Shown here: positions 17,521-27,240 of the stretch, piece after piece
Layout of the letters: each line of letters starts with the position of its first letter
How positions within the stretch are numbered: position 1 is the first letter of the stretch
UHGV virus genome: UHGV-0207783
Strand: one strand, 5' to 3'
Length of the DNA stretch: 34,098 nt
Source: a virus
Notes under the pieces: model-generated
The model's database searches: none
What the model saw: only the letters and a program-made list of their open reading frames with translations
Told to the model about the DNA's origin: nothing
Position numbers and translations under genes: made by a program

Positions 17521-17940
17521 TTATACCTCCTGTGTATAAATTAAGCGGCACTCAATACGATACTTTGCGTTTTCACCGTTCATATCGTACAAGTAACCGC
17601 TGTTTAAAGTTTCAATTGATATTGGGTTCTTCTTTTCTCCAAGCTCCGGCAGGTTATTATTGAAACTCTGCTGTTCCAACCACTCTTCGAAGCTCTGGAA
17701 GAATCCACTGTTTTCAATGTTAATTCGCGCGTCTTGGTCATATTCTTCTTGGCTTGTAAATGCGAATTGGAACTGCTTCTTTGCCCCACCGTCCATGTAT
17801 CTCTGCATGATCGGATCGCAAGGGAGAGGGTCAACAGAGTACCCCATATCCGTTCCAATGTAGTCCACGTTCACACGTCCATCACTTAAAAACGGACATG
17901 TGAGAATATATGATCTGACGCTGTCAATGAGATTTGACAT
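17521..17940 (-). CDS. tail terminator / tail completion protein (139 aa)
   Basis: Fourth gene of the head-tail joining cluster, directly upstream of the major tail gene. Confidence 0.45.
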   Translation of the reverse strand: MSNLIDSVRSYILTCPFLSDGRVNVDYIGTDMGYSVDPLPCDPIMQRYMDGGAKKQFQFAFTSQEEYDQDARINIENSGFFQSFEEWLEQQSFNNNLPELGEKKNPISIETLNSGYLYDMNGENAKYRIECRLIYTQEV

Positions 17941-18325
17941 ACTTAGCCGCTCCTTTCAGGATAGAGTCTTTGTGACGATTTTTCATTCGCTCAAACCATC
18001 GTGATTTTTCCTTATGCTCATAATATTGTCTACGTGCATAAGGTGCGATCTGGTTAATTTCTCCACTTCCGATCACTGTTCCAAGTGTTGCAGATTTAAT
18101 TAAAACGCCGGATCTCTTTGGTGTTTCAGGCGCCATTCTTCTTACGCATTCAGAATCAACAAAAGACTGTGCGTTTGCGAAACCGGATTCCATATTCGGT
18201 CTAAAGTTCGGATTCCAGTCGAGTCTCGCTATTGTCCTTCCTTTCAAATTTCCCTTGGAAATCGTGTAAGTTGATATCTTACCTCTCGGCGTCTCAATCT
18301 GGAATTTTTTCTTTCCTCTTGCCAT
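17924..18325 (-). CDS. HK97 gp10-family head-tail joining protein (133 aa)
   Basis: Basic N-terminus and the ...ARRQYYEHKEKSRWFERM... region are typical of the gp10 family. Position fits. Confidence 0.55.
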   Translation of the reverse strand: MARGKKKFQIETPRGKISTYTISKGNLKGRTIARLDWNPNFRPNMESGFANAQSFVDSECVRRMAPETPKRSGVLIKSATLGTVIGSGEINQIAPYARRQYYEHKEKSRWFERMKNRHKDSILKGAAKYVKSH

Positions 18326-18660
18326 TACACTCCCACCACCTTAATATGCGGATTGCCGCCGAATGCGTTGTAGTTTACGGATGTGACTCTGGTCTTGTCA
18401 AATCCGTCCAAGTCTTTGATTGTCTGCATCACAATCTGACAATCTCCTTTGACAAGGTAATCGTCTTTTTTTATTGCTACGCTCGTGTCAGAGATCCTGA
18501 TTGTGTACGTATCAGCCTGTTTTAATCCATCTGTCGTGATCTGCGACTTTTCGTTTTTGTACCACCACACTTCCGGGATGTAGGTTCGTTCCCACTCATC
18601 CAGCCGAGTAGACGTGTTATACTTCCGGCTGTACAGGGTGGCGTCTGAATTTGTTAGCAT
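18325..18660 (-). CDS. head closure / head-tail adaptor protein (111 aa)
   Basis: Position within the connector cluster. ATGA-type overlaps on both sides. Confidence 0.45.
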   Translation of the reverse strand: MLTNSDATLYSRKYNTSTRLDEWERTYIPEVWWYKNEKSQITTDGLKQADTYTIRISDTSVAIKKDDYLVKGDCQIVMQTIKDLDGFDKTRVTSVNYNAFGGNPHIKVVGV

Positions 18661-19025
18661 ACTCCGCGATACAGTAAGCCGGTATTACCGAGATAGACTT
18701 TCGCAATCCGGTACAGCTTATTCTCAAGCACTTTTTCCGCATCCTGTCCGTCAATACGCTCTGTTACATAAGACACAGAGTACCCGTCTGTATTTTCGGA
18801 TTTTACGATCTTTCCGTCATTTGCTGTCAAATTATAGATGACATCGCACATCTCACAAAGACACGATTTGATACGGTGCTCATTTTCCGTGTCGCTTTCT
18901 GCTCTTCCGGACGTGAAATCATACATATAAACATCCGCAAGATCACGAGTCTTTTTAAACGCGGACTCAGTGGAGATTTTCTCTCCACCAAAGTCCTCAA
19001 TGTAGTATTTGTAATCTACTAACAT
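18654..19025 (-). CDS. gp6-like head-tail connector protein (123 aa)
   Basis: First gene after the capsid block. Size and position are typical. Confidence 0.45.
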   Translation of the reverse strand: MLVDYKYYIEDFGGEKISTESAFKKTRDLADVYMYDFTSGRAESDTENEHRIKSCLCEMCDVIYNLTANDGKIVKSENTDGYSVSYVTERIDGQDAEKVLENKLYRIAKVYLGNTGLLYRGVC

Positions 19026-19034
19026 GTGTACTCC

Positions 19035-19418
19035 TTACTGATTCGCCATAATCCCCTGTTCTTTCATCTCCGCAAGAATCTCATTGATTTTATTTTTCAG
19101 GTCAGTTGTTGTTTCTGTGGACAAATCTGCAATCAAAGCCATCTGTTTCACACCGCCCAGCGTTGTTTTGTTCGCCGCTGGAAGAGTGTATTTATTTGCC
19201 TGTGCTGCAATGCTATCTAATTTCGTTTTGTCCTCTTTAGACATCAAACCATCTTTAGATCCGGCAACTGCATTAACGAGTTTTCCCTCGATCTCGCTGA
19301 TTTTTCCGTCCTGCTGTATATTTTTTGTATCATTTGCAGATACGCCGTTCTCAATGTTGTCCATTGCTGCTTCTGTAATTACTTCTCCGTCTTCCCAGTC
19401 TTTCTTTGTGTACGCCAT
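19035..19418 (-). CDS. putative capsid-associated (decoration/head fibre) protein (127 aa)
   Basis: Lies between the major capsid gene and the connector genes. Lys/Asp-rich and low in hydrophobic residues. Confidence 0.4.
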   Translation of the reverse strand: MAYTKKDWEDGEVITEAAMDNIENGVSANDTKNIQQDGKISEIEGKLVNAVAGSKDGLMSKEDKTKLDSIAAQANKYTLPAANKTTLGGVKQMALIADLSTETTTDLKNKINEILAEMKEQGIMANQ

Positions 19419-19501
19419 ACTATCACCTCGCTATTTTGCTTTACCTACTTTTGCCTTTCCAACTTTCCCCCTGCCTACCAAGGCGAGATCTTCAGGGGGT
19501 G

Positions 19502-20359
19502 CTATTCCCCCACGTGATGACAGTAAATTCCTTTTACTTTATTTTCGTAGGCATCACACATTCCGACTGTTCTGTATGCGTACATATAAGCATCAGCAGC
19601 CTGGTTCTGGTCTGGGGAAATAATCTTCGGAACTGTGTGTTTCTGGTACTGGATAGCCGCGTTCCGGTCAATTGCCATAAAGTTGATTGCTTTTCCGTCT
19701 GAATTCTTAGCGAATCCACCAGCTCCGTTTGCTGTCAAGTCAACTTTTGTGTAAAATCTTGCGGACGGTACTTTCACGATTCCAGCCCATCCTTCCAATG
19801 CTCTTCTGGATGCAGTTGTATCTAAGTCTTCAACCATTCCAACCAATGCTGGATTGATAAACAGATAGCATGTAGATACATCTCCCTCTGCATCTTCGAT
19901 CGCGTTTCTTGCGGCTCTTAACGCTGCAAGTGCTGCTTTTCCATCGTTCAGTGCGCCTTCTGCTGTTGTGATACCAGAAATCTGTGCATACTTGGAAAAT
20001 CTCCATGCATCCAACTCGGGCACTACCTGCGTGCGGATAAACTCCCCTGCAAGACGTCCAAATGCTACGCCAGCAGACTCAATATTATCCATTGCATCTA
20101 CATTAAATTTACGACCTCTGTCGTAGTCGCATTTAACTGTCTCGTAGTCCAGAGTTACATCACCGTTGACGTATCCAGAGGACTTATCATAGTTTGCAAG
20201 TCCCTGCATGGACATTTTCGGAATCAAAATTTCGTTTGCATTTGCTCCCTCTCGGATCAGCTCACTCGGGCCATCTAAGATAGATGTCAGTGAACTTTTC
20301 TTATACACGAGGTCGAGCATCGTAGAATACTGTTTTCTAAGCGTAATTGAATTTGGCAT
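19502..20359 (-). CDS. major capsid protein (285 aa)
   Basis: Position after the scaffold gene. Abundant Ala/Gly content and a typical siphovirus coat-protein length. Confidence 0.75.
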   Translation of the reverse strand: MPNSITLRKQYSTMLDLVYKKSSLTSILDGPSELIREGANANEILIPKMSMQGLANYDKSSGYVNGDVTLDYETVKCDYDRGRKFNVDAMDNIESAGVAFGRLAGEFIRTQVVPELDAWRFSKYAQISGITTAEGALNDGKAALAALRAARNAIEDAEGDVSTCYLFINPALVGMVEDLDTTASRRALEGWAGIVKVPSARFYTKVDLTANGAGGFAKNSDGKAINFMAIDRNAAIQYQKHTVPKIISPDQNQAADAYMYAYRTVGMCDAYENKVKGIYCHHVGE

Positions 20360-20373
20360 ATCTTATCTCCTTA

Positions 20374-20922
20374 TCATTTAAAATCTTTTTCTGTGAGTCC
20401 CATAGCAGCAGCTACCGCATCAAACGCACCTGGCTTCTCGGCTCCGCTTCCAAGCACTGGATTTTTAATCGGTTCATCATCCGCAAACAGGAATTTGCTT
20501 TCTTCGTTCTCTTTCAGGTCTTTGAATGCATTTTCAATATCCGTATCCTGATTTTTGGATGCTTTCAGATCATCCGTTTTTAAGTACGGAAGAACCGCTT
20601 TTAAAGCTCTTGCACCGTGCTTCTTAGCTGCGGCTTCAAGTTTTCCGTTAAACTCATAATCCTGTTTAATCTGCGCTTTCTCTGCTTCGGATGCTTCGTA
20701 TTTTGCTTTGTAATCGGCTACCTGACCTTTGATTTCTTCATAGTCTCCGAATCCCTCAATGGCTGTGTTTGCGTCTGTAAGCTGCTGTTTTGTCGTGTCA
20801 AGCTCCGATTTGATGTTGTCATAATCTTTTTTTGCTTTACCGACATCTGTGGAATTGGCGTCCAGAATCTTATCAATCTGTTCTTTTTCCAATCCCATTT
20901 CTTCTAAAAACTCTCTTTTCAT
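20374..20922 (-). CDS. scaffolding protein (GP20-like; 182 aa)
   Basis: Highly charged coiled-coil protein immediately upstream of the capsid gene. Confidence 0.7.
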   Translation of the reverse strand: MKREFLEEMGLEKEQIDKILDANSTDVGKAKKDYDNIKSELDTTKQQLTDANTAIEGFGDYEEIKGQVADYKAKYEASEAEKAQIKQDYEFNGKLEAAAKKHGARALKAVLPYLKTDDLKASKNQDTDIENAFKDLKENEESKFLFADDEPIKNPVLGSGAEKPGAFDAVAAAMGLTEKDFK

Positions 20923-21024
20923 GTTTCATCTTCCTTTCGCTTCGCTTTTTCTCGTGGTCGCACCACATGTCTCAAGTAAGTACCCAGTTTCTCGTCATCT
21001 GGCAGGACAAAATAAAAGAGCCGC

Positions 21025-22182
21025 CTATGCGACTCTCCCTAACATATCCATGTATATCCGTTCTCTTTGTTGTTCTACGCCCATCTTCCGACAGAACTTT
21101 GTGTATTCGTACAGTTGGGCTTTGTATTTTACTCTCATGGTCAATATATTGTCTGGATCTGCTCTGGCAGTCTTGAGTGCCATGATCTTAGACCGCTGCG
21201 CTCTCATTGCGGTTTCCATTCTTCGCTGTTGCTGTGTAATTCCGTAAGCATCCAACTCTTTACCTTGCCACCTCTTTGTTTTGTTTTCTATGGCATTCTG
21301 CTTTTTTAACCATTCATCCGTCCACTGCCGTTCAGACGCTCCTTTTACAAATGGGTAATAATCGTGGTAGCAGTTAGCTCCTTGTAGGCCAGTAGCAGTT
21401 CCAAGACCGCACACAGACGCCAGTTCTTCTTTGCTGTACACTTTTCCTTGCCACTTCCGGTGTTCCGGTCTGGCTCCTGGATGCCAGTCTACCTCGTAAT
21501 AATTCGTGCCAAGCTTGTCAGCATTGATCCTGTTCATTTCTCCTGTGATCTGCGATACTCCAGTCAATACGCTTCTTCGCACTGCCACATGTACTCTGTT
21601 GCTGTGTCCGGTGGCGTAGTCTACAGTCCTTAAGCCACTGTTCGTCATCTGTGTAACAACTCTACGGATGACTGTGTTGTAATCAAAGGCACCGCTTATC
21701 ACGTCTGTGATTGCCATATCGACATATCGCTGGTAATACTCCGAAAACGGCATAAATACGCGACGATTACCCATTAAGACCGAGAATCCATAAGACCTTG
21801 CAAGGTTATGCAACTTGTCCTGTGTCTGCTTCCTGACGGCCTGCGACACCTGTTTGAGCTGTTCGTTTTCCTCTGCCGGAATAAATTCCCGGTTGATCTG
21901 CTCATATAAGTCCCTATCCCTTACATACTGCCACTCCGCTATCTCGTCATACAGCTTAAACATCTCTGGATAAGTGGCTTTAAGAGCATCTTGTAGGATT
22001 TTTTCCACCTCTTCTGTGCTCTTTCCCATCTCCACCAGTCTGTTAATCTGGTAATCGGCAGTGGATGTGATCTTTCCGGTCTTGCGTATCCTGCGAACGA
22101 TATCCTGTATGATCCGGTTCTCAGCATCCATCCAGATAGATTCCATTCTGAGAGACATTTTTACGACATCTGGCTTATCCAT
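21025..22182 (-). CDS. head morphogenesis / minor capsid protein, SPP1 gp7 family (385 aa)
   Basis: Follows the portal gene. Contains the conserved ...NYYEVDWHPGARPEHRKWQGKVY... region. Confidence 0.75.
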   Translation of the reverse strand: MDKPDVVKMSLRMESIWMDAENRIIQDIVRRIRKTGKITSTADYQINRLVEMGKSTEEVEKILQDALKATYPEMFKLYDEIAEWQYVRDRDLYEQINREFIPAEENEQLKQVSQAVRKQTQDKLHNLARSYGFSVLMGNRRVFMPFSEYYQRYVDMAITDVISGAFDYNTVIRRVVTQMTNSGLRTVDYATGHSNRVHVAVRRSVLTGVSQITGEMNRINADKLGTNYYEVDWHPGARPEHRKWQGKVYSKEELASVCGLGTATGLQGANCYHDYYPFVKGASERQWTDEWLKKQNAIENKTKRWQGKELDAYGITQQQRRMETAMRAQRSKIMALKTARADPDNILTMRVKYKAQLYEYTKFCRKMGVEQQRERIYMDMLGRVA

Positions 22183-22188
22183 TACCTA

Positions 22189-23535
22189 TCACTCCATTAC
22201 TCCACCTTGATCCGGCACATTCGCTTTTGCAGTTTCTTCATCCTCCCCGAGGAATCGAACCCTGTACTCCCAGTGTGATCTGATTCCGGCTGCTATCTCA
22301 TTTAGCATCAACTGACGATCCGTTTCCTCATCTGTCAGAATTGAGTCTTTAAAACTGCAGATAAACTCATATCCTGAATGAAGCATTCCTTCGTGGAACG
22401 CCAGACCTCTCACAAAATCCTCTAAGCAATCTCGTAAGTTATCTTGGATTGCTTTGACACGATTGTATTTCCGGTTTTTTGACGCTTTAACCTCTGTTGC
22501 TGTCTTATCCACGCTCTGCGGATTGCTTAAATCGCCGAACGCAAGACCAACTACAAACTCGATCTGTCTAAAGTAATTCTCGAGACCGTTAATCAAGTTC
22601 TGGTCTCTAAGCTCCGGTGAAAATTCTTTGAAAAATCCCTCTTCGCCGTCAATTCCTCGGTACAATCTTTTATTTAACTTGGATACGCCATTCTGTCCGT
22701 CTGACTCTCGCTTGATAGCCGCAGTATCCACATGAATCGCCCTCTCACCAGACTCAAACTCCCAGTCTATCCTTGCACTCTGCACGTCCGCTTTCCGGAT
22801 CAAATCGATCGCATAATCAAAAATAGACACACCACAAGGCGTATCATCAATCCTGTTCTTGATCGGATTCCGGTAATATCCAAAATCCATTTCTTTCACT
22901 CCTGGATATGCTACGTGCTCCGGCAGTCCTCTCCATGCTTCTAGGCTTTCCAACGGGATTTTACGGTCAAATCCATATCTGGTAGATGAACTGTATGCTT
23001 CGTTCGTGATCTCAAGGAATCCATTCTTAATACTGTGCCGCTCCAATCGTACATAGTACTTTGAGTCGTCAATATCCCGGAAGTCCAGAAAGACGATATC
23101 GTTCGGCTTCTCATCATTTCCAAAGCTCACCGGGATGAACTTATCTGCTGTCACGAACTCTGCCTGTTCATTTCCAAGGGGTTTTAGGCAGAACGAACCA
23201 AGTCCAAGACCGTCCTGTAGATTCTCATTCAGGCTCTCTGTGGTTTTCTCAAACAGTTTTAAGAGCTTATCGTTCGATATTTTTATTTCCATTTCCGACA
23301 GCACAACATCCGCAAACTCTCTACATATCCCCTGTTCAATCCTCAGGGACTTCACATAATCCTTGCACCAGTCTGCATTCCCAGAGAGCATGCTGTTCCA
23401 TTCATTTATTTTCTGCACCATTGTGCTTGTAATTGCAGGAGATTCTCTCAACACCTGCTTCATCGTGGTTCTGCTTATCATGTTAAACACTCCTGTAATA
23501 ACCTTGTTAATAAACTTAAACATCTTGCACCTCAC
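22189..23535 (-). CDS. portal protein (448 aa)
   Basis: Lies between terminase large subunit and head morphogenesis genes. Size is typical. 4-nt overlap with terL. Confidence 0.8.
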   Translation of the reverse strand: MRCKMFKFINKVITGVFNMISRTTMKQVLRESPAITSTMVQKINEWNSMLSGNADWCKDYVKSLRIEQGICREFADVVLSEMEIKISNDKLLKLFEKTTESLNENLQDGLGLGSFCLKPLGNEQAEFVTADKFIPVSFGNDEKPNDIVFLDFRDIDDSKYYVRLERHSIKNGFLEITNEAYSSSTRYGFDRKIPLESLEAWRGLPEHVAYPGVKEMDFGYYRNPIKNRIDDTPCGVSIFDYAIDLIRKADVQSARIDWEFESGERAIHVDTAAIKRESDGQNGVSKLNKRLYRGIDGEEGFFKEFSPELRDQNLINGLENYFRQIEFVVGLAFGDLSNPQSVDKTATEVKASKNRKYNRVKAIQDNLRDCLEDFVRGLAFHEGMLHSGYEFICSFKDSILTDEETDRQLMLNEIAAGIRSHWEYRVRFLGEDEETAKANVPDQGGVME

Positions 23536-24770
23536 TCTGTCAGCATTTTAATGTCGCGTTCTATCGTGTACTCAAATGCATCCAGTGTATCAATATCACT
23601 ACTACCGTCATCCAGTCGATCATCTTTCATAGATTTCTCATCCCACACCGCTTCTTGCAGTGCGGTAGATAATGTTTCGCAGTCGTTTGTAATAAAAAAG
23701 CGCCCAGCCCCCATGAGCTTTAAGACGCATTCAATTCGGTCTTTTATTCTGATTTTCTTGGCCGGTCTTACAATCGTGGCTGGATTAGCTTTGAGCATAG
23801 CGTTTCGGATACTCTGGCCGAGCGTAGTCTCTGCATTGTCCCAATAGATAAAGTCGACTTTTCCATACTTTTCTTGCACCTCGTTCACAAATTTGATAAG
23901 CAGATCATTCAGGATGTTTGAATCAATTCCGTCCTTAAAATCCTTGTTCATGTGTCTGACACTATTTAATCCATACACGTTGTTGTCTCGGTCATACCCT
24001 CTTGCCACGAAAGAATGACCAGACTTATTACCACCAAAGTCCACGCCAATGACAATCTCTGTCAGATCGGATGCAGTCGGCTCTTTGACAAAATCTTTCG
24101 GATGGTCTGCAAATTTGCGGTAAATCGCTCCCTCTGCTCGTTTCCATAGACCAAGAATCAACCGGTCATAATAAACGGTACCGTCATATTCGATGCAGAG
24201 CTTCTCCACGAAATCTGGAGCCAGAAACGGATTGTCGAAAATCGTGTATCTCTGCAAATAGATATCTAATTTTTTATTGTCGAGAAATTCTTTTAGCCAA
24301 TGTGTCGGATTCTCCGGGTTGCAAGCTCCATCAAAACAGGAATACGTCTTATCAAGACGTGATTTCAGCATCTGGAATACTTCTTTGTTCCACTTTGCAA
24401 TCTCATCCCCGTAACAATACTTGATGGACGCTCCCTGTATCTTTGCGACTTGACTGACCTTTTCCGCTCCGAGACAATAAACATCCTCTCCGCATACTCT
24501 GGCTACATTCCGGTTGTTAATGTTCCCGATAAGGTCGCTGGTATAGATTTCTCTCATTGGCTGTAGGACGTTTCGCTCTATGGATTCTTTGGAGACACCC
24601 ATGATTACATTTAAGCCGGGAAGTCCAGCTCTCTCTCGGATTCTTTTAGGCACGATATAAGCAGTATCAACAAAAGACTTTCCAGAACGAACCGCTCCGG
24701 ACTTGATATTCCATCTATGAGTTGCGTTTATGATGTATTCATTCTGTTTCTTGCTTAGCTGCATTGTCAT
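23532..24770 (-). CDS. terminase large subunit (412 aa)
   Basis: N-terminal Walker A (KSGAVRSGKSF). Size and position are typical. Overlaps the end of the small subunit gene. Confidence 0.85.
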   Translation of the reverse strand: MTMQLSKKQNEYIINATHRWNIKSGAVRSGKSFVDTAYIVPKRIRERAGLPGLNVIMGVSKESIERNVLQPMREIYTSDLIGNINNRNVARVCGEDVYCLGAEKVSQVAKIQGASIKYCYGDEIAKWNKEVFQMLKSRLDKTYSCFDGACNPENPTHWLKEFLDNKKLDIYLQRYTIFDNPFLAPDFVEKLCIEYDGTVYYDRLILGLWKRAEGAIYRKFADHPKDFVKEPTASDLTEIVIGVDFGGNKSGHSFVARGYDRDNNVYGLNSVRHMNKDFKDGIDSNILNDLLIKFVNEVQEKYGKVDFIYWDNAETTLGQSIRNAMLKANPATIVRPAKKIRIKDRIECVLKLMGAGRFFITNDCETLSTALQEAVWDEKSMKDDRLDDGSSDIDTLDAFEYTIERDIKMLTE

Positions 24771-25206
24771 GCAATCCTTTCAAGATTTCATCCAGCTTCT
24801 CAATCGCTGTCCTATCTTCATATTCCTGCTTATCTCTCCACTTGTCCGGTTTCCGGTTCTTCAACCAGAAGATCTGGGCTGTAGTGTCCGGCGCTACTTG
24901 CTTTGTGACCTTTTTCGTAGTTTTCATCTCATCAAGTTCCGGTATGTATTCCCTGGTCGTTTCCGTGTACTCATATCCAAGCGCACGTTTTAGCAAAGCA
25001 TTCTCGACTTGACGATCAACAACCTCTTTTCCTCTTTTTAGGGTGTCCGAAATGTCCGAATACTTGTCTTTCCAGCTATTTAATGTGCTTCTGGAAATCC
25101 CGATATTATCTGCAATCTGCTCGTCCGTCAGACCATCTCTCGCCCATCCCTCTATCTTTAGCAAGCCTTCCGGCTCTAGCCACTCTTGATATTTACCTTT
25201 TGCCAT
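24739..25206 (-). CDS. terminase small subunit (155 aa from ATG 25206; track ORF begins at GTG 25218)
   Basis: N-terminal HTH-like region (LTDEQIADNIGISRSTLNSW). RBS AAAAGGTGGTGAG before ATG 25206. Confidence 0.65.
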   Translation of the reverse strand: MAKGKYQEWLEPEGLLKIEGWARDGLTDEQIADNIGISRSTLNSWKDKYSDISDTLKRGKEVVDRQVENALLKRALGYEYTETTREYIPELDEMKTTKKVTKQVAPDTTAQIFWLKNRKPDKWRDKQEYEDRTAIEKLDEILKGLHDNAAKQETE

Positions 25207-25264
25207 CCGACTCACCACCTTTTAAGCATAATAAAAGCACCCATCTCTGGATGCTAAGAATTTA

Positions 25265-25359
25265 GGACTACTGCTGAAAGAATTAATAACGCCAACAAAA
25301 ACCAAAATAACCAAAAACACAATCAAAATTTATAAGAAAAGGGGAACTTGCAGTAGTCC
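25265..25359. repeat. perfect 10-bp inverted repeat (ggactactgc / gcagtagtcc) enclosing a 75-nt A/T-rich loop, directly 3' of the tRNA
   Basis: Seen in the sequence at 25265-25274 and 25350-25359. Confidence 0.7.
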
Positions 25360-25363
25360 ACAA

Positions 25364-25436
25364 CGGGTATAGCAGGATTCGAACCTGCGACACGTCGGTT
25401 AAAAGCCGATCACTCTACCAACTGAGCTATACACCC
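25364..25436 (-). tRNA. tRNA-Lys (anticodon UUU), 73 nt, CCA not encoded
   Basis: Hand-folded cloverleaf from GGGTGTATAGCTCAGTTGGTAGAGTGATCGGCTTTTAACCGACGTGTCGCAGGTTCGAATCCTGCTATACCCG. 7-bp acceptor stem. T-loop TTCGAAT. Anticodon loop CTTTTAA. Confidence 0.8.
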
Positions 25437-25630
25437 GTAGGATGCCTTTTATTGACATCCTTTACCCTATCCGCACTCGGGTACTGACACTAAATATAGA
25501 TTACTGAATCTATTTTTGTTTGTTTTGCAGATCTGCGGATATCTGCGTTTTGGTACCATTTGTGATGTAAAGCCGGTGTGCACTCCCTATAGCAACCCCC
25601 AGCTGGTAAGCCGCAAACTTTACATCACGA

Positions 25631-25675
25631 AGCCGTGTACAGGAGTCGAACCTGTCTGCCCTACATTTGCCACGG
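25631..25675 (-). ncRNA. tRNA-like minihelix (6-bp acceptor-like stem plus perfect T-arm ACAGG-TTCGACT-CCTGT); possible tRNA remnant or pseudo-tRNA
   Basis: The minus strand reads GCCGTGG...AGGTTCGACTCCTGTACACGGC. No D arm or anticodon arm could be built. Confidence 0.3.
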
Positions 25676-25819
25676 CATAGAAACACCGCCAGACGAGAAA
25701 GGGTGAAAGTCCGGCGGTGTTCCGAATGTTGTTTGGAAAGCTTTTGGAGTCTTTCTTCTAACTCCATGTTATACTATATATTATTTAAAACGAACAATGT
25801 GAACAAAACGAACAAACTT

Positions 25820-26236
25820 TTATTTTTCTTTCATCCACCTCTGAAATTCCATTCTTGCACTATCTCCTGTGCAATTCCCTTTCATCTTCGCAGCCACTTC
25901 ATCCCATGTCAGTCCTTGCATCACCTTGAACCGGATAATCCGCTGCATCCTTACCGGAGCTTTATTGATTACTCGCTCTGCTTTTACTTTAATCCGCTTT
26001 GCGTTCAGCTTTCGTTCTTCCAACAACCGTTCCTCTTCGTCTATGTTCACTGCGCTCTCTATACATCCAGAGATATTAAAGCTCTGTGGCTGATACGGAA
26101 ACTCTGGATTGCTGCCTGTCACCTTGTCCTGTACGATCGTCTTTCTTCTGTGCCGCCTGATATCTTCCTCTGTCTCTTTTACCAATTCTTTTGCATCTAT
26201 GTACTCATAAATCACGTTCTTGTCCAACTCTATCAC
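25820..26236 (-). CDS. ArpU-family phage transcriptional regulator (late gene activator; 138 aa)
   Basis: Size, position upstream of the terminase genes and the C-terminal sigma-70 region-4-like HTH (RIIRFKVMQGLTWDEVAAKM) fit ArpU. Confidence 0.6.
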   Translation of the reverse strand: MIELDKNVIYEYIDAKELVKETEEDIRRHRRKTIVQDKVTGSNPEFPYQPQSFNISGCIESAVNIDEEERLLEERKLNAKRIKVKAERVINKAPVRMQRIIRFKVMQGLTWDEVAAKMKGNCTGDSARMEFQRWMKEK

Positions 26237-26408
26237 CTCCCGGAACAGGATCTTTTATGTTGTATTTCTCTGCTATGTACTCCACAGCGTCCTTATTCGT
26301 CCTCTCACGGCTTTTAAAGTCGCACTTAAAGGCTTTATGCCCCTTTTGCTTTAAAGCTGTCTCACAGGGCTTTCTCGTTGCCATAGTGTATGCTTCTATT
26401 TTCTTCAT
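26205..26408 (-). CDS. hypothetical small protein (67 aa)
   Basis: ORF overlaps the ArpU start by 32 nt. Cys-containing. Confidence 0.3.
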   Translation of the reverse strand: MKKIEAYTMATRKPCETALKQKGHKAFKCDFKSRERTNKDAVEYIAEKYNIKDPVPGGDRVGQERDL

Positions 26409-27004
26409 TCCATCACCTCAATTTCCTCTCCGGTCAGCTCTTCCAGCTTCTGTTTCATTTCTTTCACTGTCATTTTCTTTGGTTCTTCGCGTTCCCAGAT
26501 GAGCTCAAGGTTGTTTTTAATAAACACATCTTCTATGCATCCGAGTGATCCCGGAGTAATCCTATAGACTTTAACGACGTCTCCTCCTTTATAACCTGCC
26601 CATTTCAAGCCATCAGTATAATAGACTATACGATTGTATCCTCTTTTTCTCACTACCATCCCAGCCAATACAAGATACATGTCCCCATCTCTCTGTTCAA
26701 CTACCATCCCATCTTTCAGATCTGCTTTAGTAAATTCTTTGTCCATGTAATCACTCCATTCTAAAATTTTGTATTTATACTTCTCGAAGTAATCATAACT
26801 TTGATACCCACCATCTCCACCGTAACACGTTTTATCCCTGTATACCTCATAGCGTGTATAACTCAAATAACTACACCCAGATGCCCATACCATGCCATGC
26901 TTATACATCTGTTTACAAAAATCTTTCGCTTCTTCCTCGGTCTTACAATGCACCGCAATCTTATTGTCTTTATTTTTAAATTCGTCCCAGTTAAATTTTC
27001 TCAT
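26405..27004 (-). CDS. hypothetical protein (199 aa from ATG 27004), Tyr/Gly-rich centre
   Basis: RBS GTGAGGTAGAAAAT-ATG. No recognisable domain. Contains a YGGDGGYQSYDY motif. Confidence 0.5.
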   Translation of the reverse strand: MRKFNWDEFKNKDNKIAVHCKTEEEAKDFCKQMYKHGMVWASGCSYLSYTRYEVYRDKTCYGGDGGYQSYDYFEKYKYKILEWSDYMDKEFTKADLKDGMVVEQRDGDMYLVLAGMVVRKRGYNRIVYYTDGLKWAGYKGGDVVKVYRITPGSLGCIEDVFIKNNLELIWEREEPKKMTVKEMKQKLEELTGEEIEVME

Positions 27005-27009
27005 ATTTT

Positions 27010-27240
27010 CTACCTCACTATCTTTCGCACAATCCAATCTAAAAAAATCACAAATAACAGTATCGGAAACCCTCCAGCCAGAAGATAATCTGCTCCTTCA
27101 AGTTCTACTTCCTCTTCGATTCCTCTTTTTAAAGTAATCACGGTTCCCAGCCCCAGGATGTAATACAGGGCTAGGAATGCGATTGTGATTATAATGTCCA
27201 TCGTTATTCCTTTCTCATAGGTTCTGGTAGTGGCTGCCAT
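27010..27240 (-). CDS. small membrane protein (76 aa, or 63 aa from ATG 27201)
   Basis: Two predicted TM helices (IIITIAFLALYYILGLGTVI, LLAGGFPILLFVIFLDWIV). Confidence 0.35.
   Translation of the reverse strand: MAATTRTYEKGITMDIIITIAFLALYYILGLGTVITLKRGIEEEVELEGADYLLAGGFPILLFVIFLDWIVRKIVR

Noticed and set aside
25667-26317. 216-aa plus-strand ORF and 85-aa minus-strand ORF (25510..25767) in the tRNA region
   Set aside because: They overlap the structured non-coding elements and the ArpU gene in antisense. No RBS. Composition is atypical.
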